64,000 bases of DNA. Source: Spirogloea muscicola (lineage: Eukaryota). The first letter of the stretch is position 1. Each line of letters opens with the position of its first letter. The position numbers were made by a program, and so were the translations under genes. The notes under the pieces are model-generated. The model ran no database searches. It was not told the origin of the DNA and was given only the letters and a program-made list of their open reading frames with translations. The stretch covers positions 1,052,729-1,116,728 of the forward strand of contig WELB01000009.1 of assembly GCA_009602725.1 (NCBI GenBank), in the 5' to 3' direction. Positions 48,601-63,400 of the stretch are shown piece by piece.

Positions 48601-50368
48601 CGCCGCCGGCCGCCGGCCCCCACCGATGCCTGACGACGGCAACGGTAGCGAGAGCGACCCCGAGGCACAGCTCCTCAGCCCCAGTTGCACAGCCGCAGCA
48701 CCAATACTTGCCACTAATAAGTCAATTATCCTTGACCGTGCCCTGGCCTTTTGTCATTATGCATCTTGGCAGTGGGGCCACTGGACCGCTGAGCTGGAGG
48801 CACGTAACCCGTCGCTTGGCGTCGTGTTTCCAACAATAGACCGGGTAAACGATGCAATGGGGGGTCCATCAGAGTTCTCAGGGCTCTCTTTCTTTACAGA
48901 GGTACGTACTTGTAATTCTTGTCAATTCTGTGGTTAGGGGTTAGGCCCACAATGGCTCACATACATGCACACGGCACTACGAAAGATGGACATCAACGAT
49001 GATGGCACTTCAGCTCTGTTTATCAAGAACCGCTGATGTAAACCTTGACAACAGGGCATAAACCACAACCCTCGTCAACAAAAATGTCTATGCTACTGCA
49101 CTTGACATCACACTAAGCAGGATAGAGGAAACCAATCAGGGCCCGAGGTCGAAAGATGTAAGCAACAGCAATAATTCTGCAGGCCCTTGGTGAGTGGCTG
49201 CTGACAGCCAACCTCCTCCATGATGCCATCCCGGAGCCACCCGAGCGCAGCGCTGTCAACATGCACGTCAAAGTACAATTTTGCTGCACTTCACCCTGCC
49301 GTTAGCTACATGCAAGGAAGGCAATAATGAGTATAGTATTTTAGCCTTCATCTGAGCAATGCTGTGCAAAATTACAAAGACTCGGTGTGAATGACAATCA
49401 GTTAGTCTCATAAGCAGTCTTCTGACACGTCCTGCCAGGTGGCACTGCGGCGGTTCCGGGGCTCGGCCGCCGGGCAGCCGGCCTCTGGCTGGGTGTACTG
49501 TGGGTCCCACAACCTCAGCCCCGCAGCCTGGGGCCGGCCGATCCCAAAGGCGCCGCAGTCGTAGTCTTTCAGCAGTAAGTTGCTCGCTCTGCCAATGCTG
49601 ATCCCACTTTTGCCAGCTAATGCTTCCACTCAGAGAGAAACATTTTCTTGCACACAATGGTAGTTGGTGGCAGAGATGCTATTTATATGCACTTCAATTG
49701 GCCATCAGCTCGTTGTGTATACTTTTAGTAGCAAGATTTGAAGGCCCAAGCCAGATCTTCGAAGCTGAAGCTGTCTTCACGCCCCATCTGACCCTCTAAG
49801 CTGACGAGCCACCATTGCTGCAGCCGGCCCGGAGCGCGTGGCGCTGGGGTCATGCCTCCACATCTACAACTACGAGGCCGGCATAGTGCTGATTGAGCCG
49901 CCGACACCTCCGCCAAAGGACATGGGCGGTCAGCGCCACGCACAGATTGGTCATGGGCACCTGTGCAGCAGCAGCTCACATGGCCTCGACCGGATCGCGC
50001 TACCGTTCCAGGTCCCCGCACCCCAGTACAAGCCAGGCGCCCGGCCGGCTTCCTGGCCGGCTGTGCGGCGTGCCATTGCCAGTCAAATCGCAACGATGAA
50101 GGCCAAACACGCAGAAGTGTGCTCGCAAAAGGCTGTCCACCACGATGCAGCCTCACCTGAGGAGCCTGAGGAGCCTGAGGAGCTTGAGGGCAGCAGCGAA
50201 GTGGACGATGGGGATGAGAGCATGCAGGCCACTGCTGTCGCCGCCGCCACTGCCGAGGTGGCTCTCGACGAGGATGGCTACGCTGAGCGGCTGTGGACTG
50301 ATGTGAAAGAAGATGGAGGCAGGCAAACCAGCGAGAGCAACATAACAGATGGCTCCTGCACCCCATGA
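45604..50368 (+). CDS. TDP1: Plant tyrosyl-DNA phosphodiesterase 1 beta (PLD fold with HIRAN insertion, At5g07400-like)
   Basis: First HxK motif GCHHPKLLLL..LRVVVTSANL, then WWQDFP; HIRAN-like DSNAIAL..RIGYLPRAIAAWAAPLWDAG; GLWRLHQ|VLRCHKWP..DFLYG|SSSVGSSV; GVVFPTIDRV; second motif MHVKV..GWVYCGSHNLSPAAWGRP; LHIYNYEAGIV; LPFQVPAPQY. The start is uncertain. Confidence 0.85.
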
Positions 50369-50716
50369 ATTGGTGGCTGGCAAACCAGCCAAAAAATATG
50401 TGCCAACTATCTCTCACTACCACAAGCCCATGGCCAACCGAGAACGAGCCTTCGCTTTAAGTGGCGGCGCACTGCTCAAGTGAGCTTGTGACAATGACAT
50501 AGCTCAATTTTATCTTTAGAAGCTCCAGGCTCTGGTCAAGGTCACTCATGACTACCTCACCCTCAACTGCTCTGCTGCATAATGATTGCAGCTAACACAC
50601 AATATTAATTGGAGAATTGCAGGGGTGGATGGCGACCCTCACGGCAATAATTCTTAGCCATGGAGCTAGAACCAGGTCCTGATGTGGTGCAATGAAAGTA
50701 TATTAGACAATGCGAT

Positions 50717-52496
<1,780 letters not shown>

Positions 52497-52554
52497 ANNN
52501 NNNNNNNNNNNNNNNNNNNNNNNNNNNNNNNNNNNNNNNNNNNNNNNNNNNNNN

Positions 52555-53750
<1,196 letters not shown>

Positions 53751-53751
53751 N

Positions 53752-54300
53752 GGTGCCAAGGAACTCAAGTACGCGGATCACCCCGAAGGCGACGAGTTTG
53801 TCCCACTCGCCGTCGACGTGCACGGAGCCTTTGGGACCAAGTGGCTAGACCTTCTTCACCGCCTTGCTCGTCGTGCGGTGGCCCGTCGCCAGGGGCAGAA
53901 CGGCGAGCAGCCTGGCTTCCACGTCGCCGGGTCCCTCGCCCAGGTGTTCAGGATGCGCCTCGCCATTTCCCTCCAGCGGTCTCTTGCGTTTGCCGTCCAC
54001 CTACGTGCCGGCCGCGCCCTGGCGGCTGCCTCCGGGTTTCGTCAGGGCGACGTCTTCCCGCCCTCTAGCTACTCGGACCTGCACTTGCTGACTCGAGGTT
54101 ACTGAGAGCCTCCTTGTCGTCTTAGCACTTAGTCTTCTGCTTTTTGTGCCATTCGGCTCCTTTTGACATTGTCCATTCCTTTTGGGCTGGCTCCTCCCAG
54201 CCACCAGTCAATTCGGCCGCGCTTTTCTCATGAGGCCGGGGGCAGGGCCCCGAGAACCTCGATGGTTACTTAAGGAGGAGGGGCGAGCGGTCGGTTGCGG
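53752..54300 (+). mobile_element. 3' end of a CRE-like non-LTR retrotransposon (end of restriction-like endonuclease domain plus 3' UTR)
   Basis: KELKYADHPEGDEFVPLAVDVHGAFG..RMRLAISLQRSLAFAVHLRAGRALAAASGFRQGDVFP..LLTRGY* (stop at 54105) is clearly paralogous to 62840-63180. It shares the ttttgggctggct UTR motif. Confidence 0.85.
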
Positions 54301-54499
54301 GCTTGGTCTCCCCCCCAAGTCGCCTACACTTGGCATTGTTTACAATTCAACAGCTGGTTTGCTTTGACCAATTGCATACGTTTGGCTCCGACTCCTTTGC
54401 TTCGCGACACCAACGCCTCGTCCTTGGGCTTGACGTTCCTCATTCTTTACACACACAACACAAGAAGAAAGTACAGGACTGTCCAAATCAGAACCTGTA

Positions 54500-57400
54500 G
54501 CTTTCCCCCTGTCGTGCTATATCCCACTTGATTTATCTGACGCCACAAATGTTGGTATCATACGCCGAGGTTGTCTTGCCCGATTGATTGGGTGTTTCGT
54601 CACAAAAGGTGGTACCAGTGGAACCCTTCTTCCTGCATCAAGAATAAGCTCAACTGTGGCCGCTGGATGTGGCTCCTGATAGTTGATGCAGGACTGCAGA
54701 AGCTGCACGGGCGCTAGACTGGGCCAAAAGTCCTCTTTCTATCGGCGAGCGAGCTAACTCTGGCAGCATCTAAAATGACATTGGGACCCGTGATTTGCTA
54801 CAACCTACGGAAATGAATAGCGTCAGGTGCATCATCGGATGGCTCTACATTTTCCACGATGTAAGCCATAGTCTTCTTCTGCTTACTGCGAATTTGCTCA
54901 AGTATGTTAAGCATTGGGAAGAAAAGAGCTGAGTGGGCATGACCAAATCCTTCCCCTCGACCTGCCGGGCTGGACCCCTCGCAAGCAAAGCCTGCTATGA
55001 CGTTGTCCACCTGGGGACGGCGTTTGATGTACTCGACTTTCTCGGCTTCTCTAATATCGCCTGGGAGTAGTGAATCCCAAGTCTCGAACGTAGTTGGAGT
55101 CACCAGATGGCTATACCGCTCCCTAAGTATAGACACATGGTGGGCTGCAGCTTGACGTGACGCCGGATTGTTGTCAACGTAAATATACTGCGCAATCTTG
55201 TACCTGCTGCGCAGCAAACCTGCCAGTCCTGCGGCACTGCCCCCGAACAGCTCCAGAACTACTAGTCCCTGCTCTCCAGACTCAAAAGGAATTACCCCAG
55301 CGTAGAATTTCCTGTCTTCAGCTGGCCCTTAATTCCTCGGTTGACCATCGGAACAGTAAATGTCCTGGTTAACCACGCATCATTCACCCACAATGCTGCA
55401 GTAGTAGACCAATCAGGTAAGATGGCAAGATACCGCCTGAATTTCTCCTTGACAGTCAATTCCGCCAAATCTGTGTCACTCAGTCCCTCTGTGGTGAGTG
55501 GATTCAGCATCCTGGATGGCTGAAGCACTGCTCGTAAGAACTCGGGTGAAATCTCTCGCTTCAGTCCACCTGGTACATTCGCGACGGTGGTGCTGCAGTA
55601 GGGGGTGCAGCAGCAGCAGCAGTAGTAGCAACAGCAGCAGCAGCAGCAGCAGGTGGTGGAACATTGACTGGTGGAGCATCAGCCGGTGGAGCATTGGCTG
55701 GTGGGAGCATCAGTTGGTGGAGTAGCAACTGGCAGTGATGCAGCAACTGGAGGTGCAGCAACTGGTGGTGCAGCAACTGGAGGTGCAGCAACTGGAGGTG
55801 CAGCAGCGGCTCGAGGTGTCACATCTTCCATCAGCTCTTCCCTCAGCTTCGCCAACTCCTCTTCCGTCGGCTCTTCTGTGCCCTCTAGACCCTCCTCCAA
55901 ATGCTTCATTCGCTTCCAATTTCCACATCATCATCTGTGATTGGCACACCAGTATTTGCCTCAATCTGCATTCGTACAAGATTTCATCAAAGGTAACAGA
56001 ACGATATTAGTACCAGAAATTAGCCAATGACCTACACCAAGCTGATTCAGAGTAGAACCCATACTTCAAATTATGGGCACCAACAAATGAGTTCCTAACA
56101 AAATGTCATAAGTTCTGGCTTTGGTAATCATGCAGACCACTGACAAAGTAGTACGTCTGTCAGGAACATTGGAATACAACGTAATTTGCACTGGTTATTT
56201 GGTTAGTCCGACGTTACTGTCAGTACCACCAGTAGCAGTCTTGATCTTGATGTCACTGAGAAACTACATCACAAGACTGTAGACCCAATTGAGTGATCAT
56301 ACTCCGACCCAAAAGGACCGGTTGAGCTCCTGTTTCTAACAAAGCAATAGTGGGCCTGATTGCATTGACCTTCAATATGCCTGAACTATCGTCTAGCATC
56401 GTCACTGAAGAGAACTGTTTCTTCCTTTCTTCCAACGACCTGAGAGGCACAATGTCAAAAACACTTGACTGAGCCTTGTTCTCCGCATAGGTTGCTTACA
56501 GGTGCAGTCTGCAGATTCTGCATAACCTCAACAGTAGTACTGGTCAGCATACTGCTCAGTTATTTTTCAGTCCATCCTAAAGTCGTTGAAGCTTAGAACA
56601 TGTGCTGTGTACAACCTGTCCAACAGCTTCCAGCTGACAATGTGCAGTCAACACTAAGTGAAGCAGGATCAGCAGCCTTTGGCCCTGTGGACTTCGCAAC
56701 AACCCGAGGCTGAGATAGAGGAATGTCAAGCTGAGTTGCCTTCAATTTGAAACTTGCTGGATACCCAGCATTACCAGTCCTAGCAAGCTGCTGCAAAGCA
56801 TTTTCACCTCGCTTCATTGGGTTTCTGCTTGCAGTATTAGACAACTCCGGAAATGCAGCAACAATAGAGGCCAGGTAAGATTACCCATACTTATGAGAAG
56901 TCCCTGCTGCATACTGAGCCCATACAGTCCTGCAAGGTCATCCTCATCCTCTTCCACATCTGAGTGCACTACAGCCGCTGCGGCTGACTTGGCCCTGGAC
57001 TTAGCCTCACTAGCAGCCAGCTGTTGGGTTAACTGTTCAAATTGTTTCTGCAACTTCTGCATTTTGTCGTCCTCAACACGACCACTGTTAGATGAAGACT
57101 TCCCCCATCTCCAATGCATTCTTATTACCGGACTTGCACAGGCAGCTTATCAGGAAATTTCTTCCAACATTGCGTGTCTACGTGTCCTGTTCTGGTGCAG
57201 TGAGCACAAGTGGCTCCTGCAGTCTGATGTCGAGCAGCACACTTTTTAGAAATATGTCCAACCTTACCACAATTGTGGCAAGTCACAGCTGGACGAGGCT
57301 TGTAATGGTCCTGTACCTGTGTTACGTCAGAAATTGCTACATGTGCCTTTGGATTTCCTGTGTTAGATCGACTAGCTGTGGACCTGCCAGCTTTTCAACA

Positions 57401-57850
57401 TCACTGGCGGACTCAGGGACTGGTTCCCACATTGACAAAACCTCATCTCATAATCCGCGCATACATAAAACCCGCATCCCCGGTGAACTACTTCGCTAGT
57501 AGAGTAATCTCCGACTCCCTGCTGACCTGACAACCATGCATGTCCAGTTGACACAACCCTGCTAGGAAATGGGTTTTCACTTCAGATAAAGTAGCGCGGC
57601 TATGAGTACCTTGGAATATCGGTAAGTCTCCAGATGCCATGTTGAAGTTTTTTCTGAAGCGTGTTGATGTTGAGATCTCGCTTGAGCTACCTGCTTCCAC
57701 ACGTGATTCAACAACAGCAGTACCAGTTGGCTCAGCGGCAAGATCTATGTCTGTCGAAGCAATTTCACCTTCAGGCTCCAGATTGACGATGTTGCCTGAC
57801 CTAAGTCTCATGCAATAGTAGCTGAGAAATTGATCACAACTCAATCAACA
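54500..57850 (-). mobile_element. Decayed LTR-type (gag-protease) retroelement carrying a C5 DNA methyltransferase; RT and integrase not seen
   Basis: Minus-strand order: MRLRSG N-terminus (about 57810); two CCHC zinc knuckles CHNCGKVGHISKKC and CAHCTRTGHVDTQC (about 57160-57285); retropepsin-like ALLETGAQPVLLG..IKTATG..YDILLG (about 56090-56350); Pro/Ala spacer; DNMT domain. Many stops and frameshifts. Confidence 0.75.
54517..55328 (-). pseudogene. Retroelement-borne cytosine-5 DNA methyltransferase, disrupted
   Basis: Motif I VVLELFGGSAAG; motif II YIYVD; motif III LPGDI; motif IV VDNVIAGFACEGSSPAG..SALFF; motif VI YIVENV; motif VIII-like LDAARVSSLADRKRTF. In-frame TAG at 54798-54800 and a frameshift near 54720. 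Confidence 0.8.
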
Positions 57851-58123
57851 GCTGATTTATATTACCGGCAACAGTCCAACTCAGAGATAGCAGTCGCGCC
57901 TGTGTGCATGTTTGAGATTATGTATCAGAGAAGTAGGACATGGGCAGGCCAGCATTACCCAAACTCTGACAACTCCGACTGAGTATCTCAGCTGACATTT
58001 TTGCAATTATCTACTACTTGCCTTCTGAGTTGTGCACAAGAAGTTGTTCAAAGTCAAGGCCACAACATGGACATGCAAAATGTCCTCAAGCAAATTGTGT
58101 CAAAATGGTACCCGCCATGCAGG

Positions 58124-58504
58124 CAAATAAGTTTTCTGTGCGAGTCCCATCTCGAACAAAGCCTCTGCCTGCACCGACTTTCTAGTAAGAATAGACATCG
58201 TACCTGCATGAAGGCCTGGAATAAAGCATATTATAGATGGGGTATGCGGGGTACGCCAATATAAAGCTCTAGTAGGGATGGTATGATGATACAGGGCTGC
58301 AAGAGCGCAGATTTAGTTGAAGTCGTACCCCACTTATGCATAGGTAGGGCTCATATAGTGGGTGAACCTGCTATGTTTTGGGCCAAATAAGTTTTCTGTG
58401 TGAGTCCCATCTCGAACAAAGCCTCTGCCTGCACCCAATTTCCAGTAAGAATAGACATCGTACCTGCATGAAGGCCTGGAATAAAACATATTATAGATGG
58501 GGTA
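58124..58504. repeat. Direct repeat pair of about 120 bp
   Basis: caaataagttttctgtg(c/t)gagtcccatctcgaacaaagcctctgcctgcacc...catattatagatggggta at about 58124-58244 and 58384-58504, with few mismatches. Confidence 0.9.
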
Positions 58505-59173
58505 CGTTGAGTACGCTTTTCCTCCTTATTCTATGTACTTCTCAAATATTACCAAATGGAGCACGGAGTACGGCCATGAAGGCCCATAGAGGGATGGATA
58601 CCCTACCACCATCATTCAGTTATTGACATTCTTATGAGCGTAATCTGTACTCCGTACTCCATAGATAGGATATCTAGCGATATTGAGCATGCCAGTGCGG
58701 AATCCTACGTGCGGATGGAGTCAGGATGCAAAAAAAGAGCGGGGCGTGGTCCTTTTTTATCCTTTTAGTTCGGTCCACCATCCCTACTAGAGCTTTATAT
58801 TTGCTTACCCTATCCTATAAGCTATATATGGAGAAAAGAGGATATACAACTCATTTAGATTTATCATTGCCATATTAGGTTGTACCTCACCGTAACCAAG
58901 GAATAATACTTTTCTTAAAGGATTGATTGCTACTTGCAGCCATGCTAGCATGCTGCAACCATGCTCGATCTCGTCCTCTTTAAAGCGTAGTCTGAGTGGC
59001 TACAAGAAGAGGGCTATTCTCATACCTACTATAGTTTTCAATCAGTGCGCTTATTGTGCACATTATTGTGCTGATCTTAAGAGAGAGCATATGAGTCAAA
59101 GGGCGAGGGATCGCAAGACAGAGGTGGGCTTCTCAGTTATCGTAGACGACAGCATCAAGAAATAGTACTGCTC

Positions 59174-59725
59174 TTAAGTGTTATTCTTTATATAGTTGAA
59201 TACACGTGTAAGCTCATAATACCCGCCTGTAGTAAGTATATCTAAATTCCATCTCTCTCTTGGTGATATATCTATTGTTTCTGCGCATTGTGGTTGTGCA
59301 TGAGGATCAATCACGTACTGCTTGTCTATATAATGTGTGCGAAGAAGTTTGCCAAACGCACTAACACCGTATAGTCTATCTAGAGTGCATTCGTCCCGCA
59401 AGTCCCTCAGCCTCCTCCTGATCTGTCTATCGGCTTCTTGCCTTGCAGATAGGGATTGTAGTTTGCTTGGCTCCTCTATCTCCAGTATGAAGACGGGTAT
59501 GTTGTCCAAAAGTACCATATACTCCAACACAAAGTTTTCAGAGTCTCTCGACTGAGGCACTGGAAGAGACCGAGGTACAACTGCAAAGTCGCTGTCCCAA
59601 GGGAACACATAAGACAGCAGCATATTGTACGGCCCAGAGAAGTTATTCTCTCCCGGGTATGAGGGGACGGCATAGAACCGATCGACGACCTCTTGAGGCC
59701 ACATCACGCTGATTGCTGCGCACAT
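59174..59725 (-). CDS. Intronless hypothetical protein resembling a fungal PD-(D/E)XK/REase-like family
   Basis: Uninterrupted 183-codon ORF (probable ATG at about 59704, MWPQEV): ENNFSGPYNMLLSYVFP..FAVVP..ENFV..PVFILEIE..SARQEADRQIRRRL..LYGVSAFG..PRERWNLDILT..G. The family assignment is from memory, not a search. Confidence 0.6.
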   Translation of the reverse strand: MCAAISVMWPQEVVDRFYAVPSYPGENNFSGPYNMLLSYVFPWDSDFAVVPRSLPVPQSRDSENFVLEYMVLLDNIPVFILEIEEPSKLQSLSARQEADRQIRRRLRDLRDECTLDRLYGVSAFGKLLRTHYIDKQYVIDPHAQPQCAETIDISPRERWNLDILTTGGYYELTRVFNYIKNNT

Positions 59726-60221
59726 AATGCAGGGTAATTCAAGAACAACAACACCTCAGTCAGTTGAATTGACCAGAAATAAGAAGGAAATCGAAGAGAT
59801 TGATGTCTGAAAGGAAGCAACAGAAGTGAATGCCAGTGATAGAGGATTAGAAGCCGATGAGCAAGCAAGCAAGCAAAGAACGAACCAGAGACGCCAAGCA
59901 GGTTGAAGAAGCCAAGCAGCGCGCGCGGCAGGAAGAAGACTAGCAGCGCACCCAGCAGGAATGGAAGCAGACAGTAGAGATGGAAAGAGCAAGCAAAGCG
60001 TCCAATAATGGAGCTCTGTACCCCGAGGCCATGCCCGTGGAGGGGGCGACAGCTCATGGTAGGATAAAAGCGGCGCACCGGTGTGGCGTCTATAGCGTCT
60101 ATGGCGTCTACGAAACAGGCTGGTATTGGATGCCACCCCCCCGCTGTCTCCTTCGACTTTGCCGAGCACAAGGAATTTCCTTAAGGTGGACAAAGCCCCT
60201 CCTAAACCCCAGGCCGCCGCN

Positions 60222-63200
60222 CCGCCGTCAGCGTCGCTGCCGGCGGCGCCCGCCATGTGGTCTTCGGCGCGCCGGCCCCCTCCCGGCCTGCCCCTCGCGC
60301 CCGCCGCCGCCGCAGCTCCCGCCATCGCCATGCCGCCCGCCGCCGCCGCCCCGCTCCCCGTCGCCCCAATGGCGGAGTCTCGGAGCCCGGAGTATCTCCA
60401 GGCGAAGCACCTTCGTGAGGCGGCCCTCCTTGCCGCGCCTCTGCCTGCCTCTGCGTCGCCGCTCCTTGCCGTCCTCGCCGCCTCCTGCCTCCACTTCGTC
60501 CTCAAGCAACCTCCGCCGCCACCGCCGCCGAGGAGGAGCTCCTGGCGCAACACGACGCCGCAGTGGCGGCAGCCGCCGCCAGTCGCCACGCCCGGCGTGG
60601 GGAGTCGTCGCCCGACAGAGCAGCGGCCATCCGGCGTGCTCTTCGCTTTGGACACGCCGGCGAGCTCTCGCGGGCTGTGCAAGCACTTGAGGACTCTTCG
60701 CTGGCTCCACCGACCTCGACAACCAGACGTGGGTGCGCCTTCCCCCCCCTGGCTGCCTTCCTTCGAGCCGCCAGAGGCGGTGACCCTCGACGCCGCAGCC
60801 CTCCGCCGGGCAGCCGCAGAGCAGCCGCAGAGCAGCAGCAGGCGGCCCCTCTGGCATGCTCACGGAGCACCTCCGTCCGTGAGCTGTTCCTCCGAGGGCG
60901 AGGCCTCCGACTTCCAGGCGCTGCTCCAAGTCTGTCAGCCCGTGGCCCAGGACAAGGTCCCTGCTGCTACCCGCTCGGTGCTCTGCTCCAGCAACCTCCT
61001 CGCCATCGCCAAGGCCAATGGCGGAGTCCGCCCAATCGCCATCGGCGAGGTTCTGTACCGGCTGGTGGCCTGGCACAGCACGCTGTGCCAGCAACATCTT
61101 GGGCAGGCGCAGACCCACCTTGCCCCACATCAATACGGCGCTGGTCTGCGAAGCGGCGGGGAGGCTGTCGTCCACGGCGTCCGCGCGGCCCAGGATCTCC
61201 ACCCTGACTGGATGGTCCTGGCTCTCGATGTCCCAAAGACGCCTTCAATAGCGTAGAGCGCAGCGCCATCGCCGACGAGCTGCGAGCGGCCTTCCCTTCC
61301 CTCCTGCCCTTCTTCCGCCTTGTCTACGGCCAGCTCAGCGACCTTCTCTGGTGGACGGGGAGTGGCGAGGTAGGGACGCTGCAGTCCAGGGACGGGCACA
61401 CGCCAGGGGGATCCTCTGGCAGGGGGGTTCTTCTTTGTGCTGGCTCACAATCGCGAGCGGCGCACCCCAGCGTCCTCCTCCCGTCCTGCGCCGACGACAC
61501 CACGCTGGTCGGCAGCCCAGGGGATGTGTCAGCAGCCACCGCCACCTTCCAGCAGCAGCTGGCCGCCCTCGGCATGTCCATCCGGCCCGAGAAGTGCACT
61601 GCGTGGTTTCCGCGTGGCCTCCCTGCCCCCTTGCCCCTGCCGCCTGGGTGCCAGACTCTTCCAAGCGGCCTCACCATCCTGGGGGTCCCATTCGGCACGC
61701 CGTCTTTCGTCGACGGGCAACTGCGCGACCGGCTCCAGGAGCACCTCCAGCCGGTGGCCCGCCTCCCTGAGCTGCAGGATATGCAGCTGGCGCTTGCTAT
61801 GCTCACCAGGTGCATTGTGCAGCGTCCCCACTACCTGGCGCGAACGACCCCTCCCTGCCCCACGGTGCTGGAGGCCTACACCACATTCGATGCAGGCGTC
61901 ATGGAGAGCGTGGCGGCCCTCATCCGTCACACTGGCTTCCTCGACTCGCCAGCTGCACCGCTCCAGGCCACTCTGCCCCCTGGCCAGGGCGGCCTCGGCT
62001 GCCGCTCGCTCGCGGCGCGTCTGCAGGCCAGCGTTCCTTGGCAGTTGGGCACAGGTCGCCACGTCGGTGGCGCAGCGCTTCCTCCATGATGGGTGGCCCC
62101 TGTTGCAGCAGGTTGTGGTGGAGGTGGCGACCGTTACCTTTTTAGGTGGCGCTCCGCTCCGCTCAGCTCAGCTCAAGACGGGCTACTTGCGGAGCACCCT
62201 GCCCTTGCAGAGAGCGTGGTCCCGTTTGCCCACCTTGCCCACACCACCGACTCGCAGGCGCAGGCACGTTACATGGCGGCAGTCGACAAGGCGTCCTTCA
62301 CGGCCACGCTGCAGCTCCTCCCTGCAACCGACGTGCGCGGCCATGCTCGGCTGCTGTCGGCCGCCTCCCCCGGCGCGGCAGCCTGGCTCTCCGCGCGCCC
62401 CCTGTACGATGCCCTTAGGATGCCTGATGAGCTGTTCCGAACGGCCACCCATCGCCTGCTGGGCCTCCCCCCGCCCTGCCTGCTGGGCGTGCTACAGTGT
62501 GAATGTGGGGAGCGGTCGATGGACCCGGCGGTGCTGGCGGCGCATATCCTCCGCTGCGCCACTGGAGGTGAAAGTACAGCTGCTCACGATCTCCTGCGTG
62601 ATGCAATGTTCGGCATCTTTCAGGAGGCCGGCTACACGGTGGCGATGGAGAACTCTTCCGTCATGCCAACCCTCCGGAGGGCCGACGGACTGCACACACG
62701 CCGTGTCGACTTGGTGGCGTCCACGCCGGGCGGCGGCGCGCGCATCATCGCTGACGTGGTCACCACTGATGTGGTCGACCGTTCCAACCCGGGGCTCTCT
62801 GCCTCGCAGGCTGGCCACGCTGCGGCGAAGGCCGCTCGCAGCAAGGCGCCCAAATACGCCGACCACCCGGCTGCAGATGAGTTCGTCCCCCTGGCTGTGG
62901 ACGTGCTGGGGCTCTCGGGTCCCAGTGGCTCGACCTGCTGGCCAGGCTTGCGAGGCGTGCTGTGGCCCGCCGGCGTGGGGAGCCGGCTGACTTCAACGCC
63001 GCCGGCTCGTGGGCTCAAGTCTATCGTATGAGATTGTCAGTATCCCTGCAGCGGTCCATAGCCCACGCCCTGCATCTGCGTGCTGGCCGTGCTCTCGCTG
63101 CGGCCTCTGGCTTTCAACAGGGGGACAGTTTTCCGGCAGCTAGTCTGTCGGATCTGCGGCTCCTCACTCGTAACTACTGAGTGATCCATCATCCCCCTGT

Positions 63201-63400
63201 GCTGACATGACATCTTCAGGCCCCTCTGTAGCTGCTAAACGCTTGTCGGCCCCTCCGAACCCTTGTCAATTCTTTTTGGGCTGGCTTATTGCAGCCCTTG
63301 CCCTCATTTGGAGTGCCACTTCTTCTTCTTCTTCTTTTTTGGGCTGGCTGTTCCAGCCCCTATCCTCACTGGGCGAGCCCTTGCTTCTTTTCTTTCTCCG
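60222..63400 (+). mobile_element. CRE-clade-like non-LTR retrotransposon (RT plus restriction-like endonuclease), frameshifted
   Basis: RT motifs LLAIAKANGGVRPIAIGEVLYRL, QYGAG..GGEAVVH, LALDV..AFNSV, GTRQGDPL, CADDT, GLTILGVPFGT and GGLG. Then CECG..H..C..GGE..HD..RD, RRVDL..IIADV, K..KY..FVPLAVD, ending LLTRNY* at 63180. Several frameshifts. Confidence 0.88.

Noticed and set aside
58124..58504. CRISPR array or paired LTRs of a tiny element
   Set aside because: There are only two long copies in a eukaryotic context, no cas genes, and I saw no TG..CA ends or target-site duplication.
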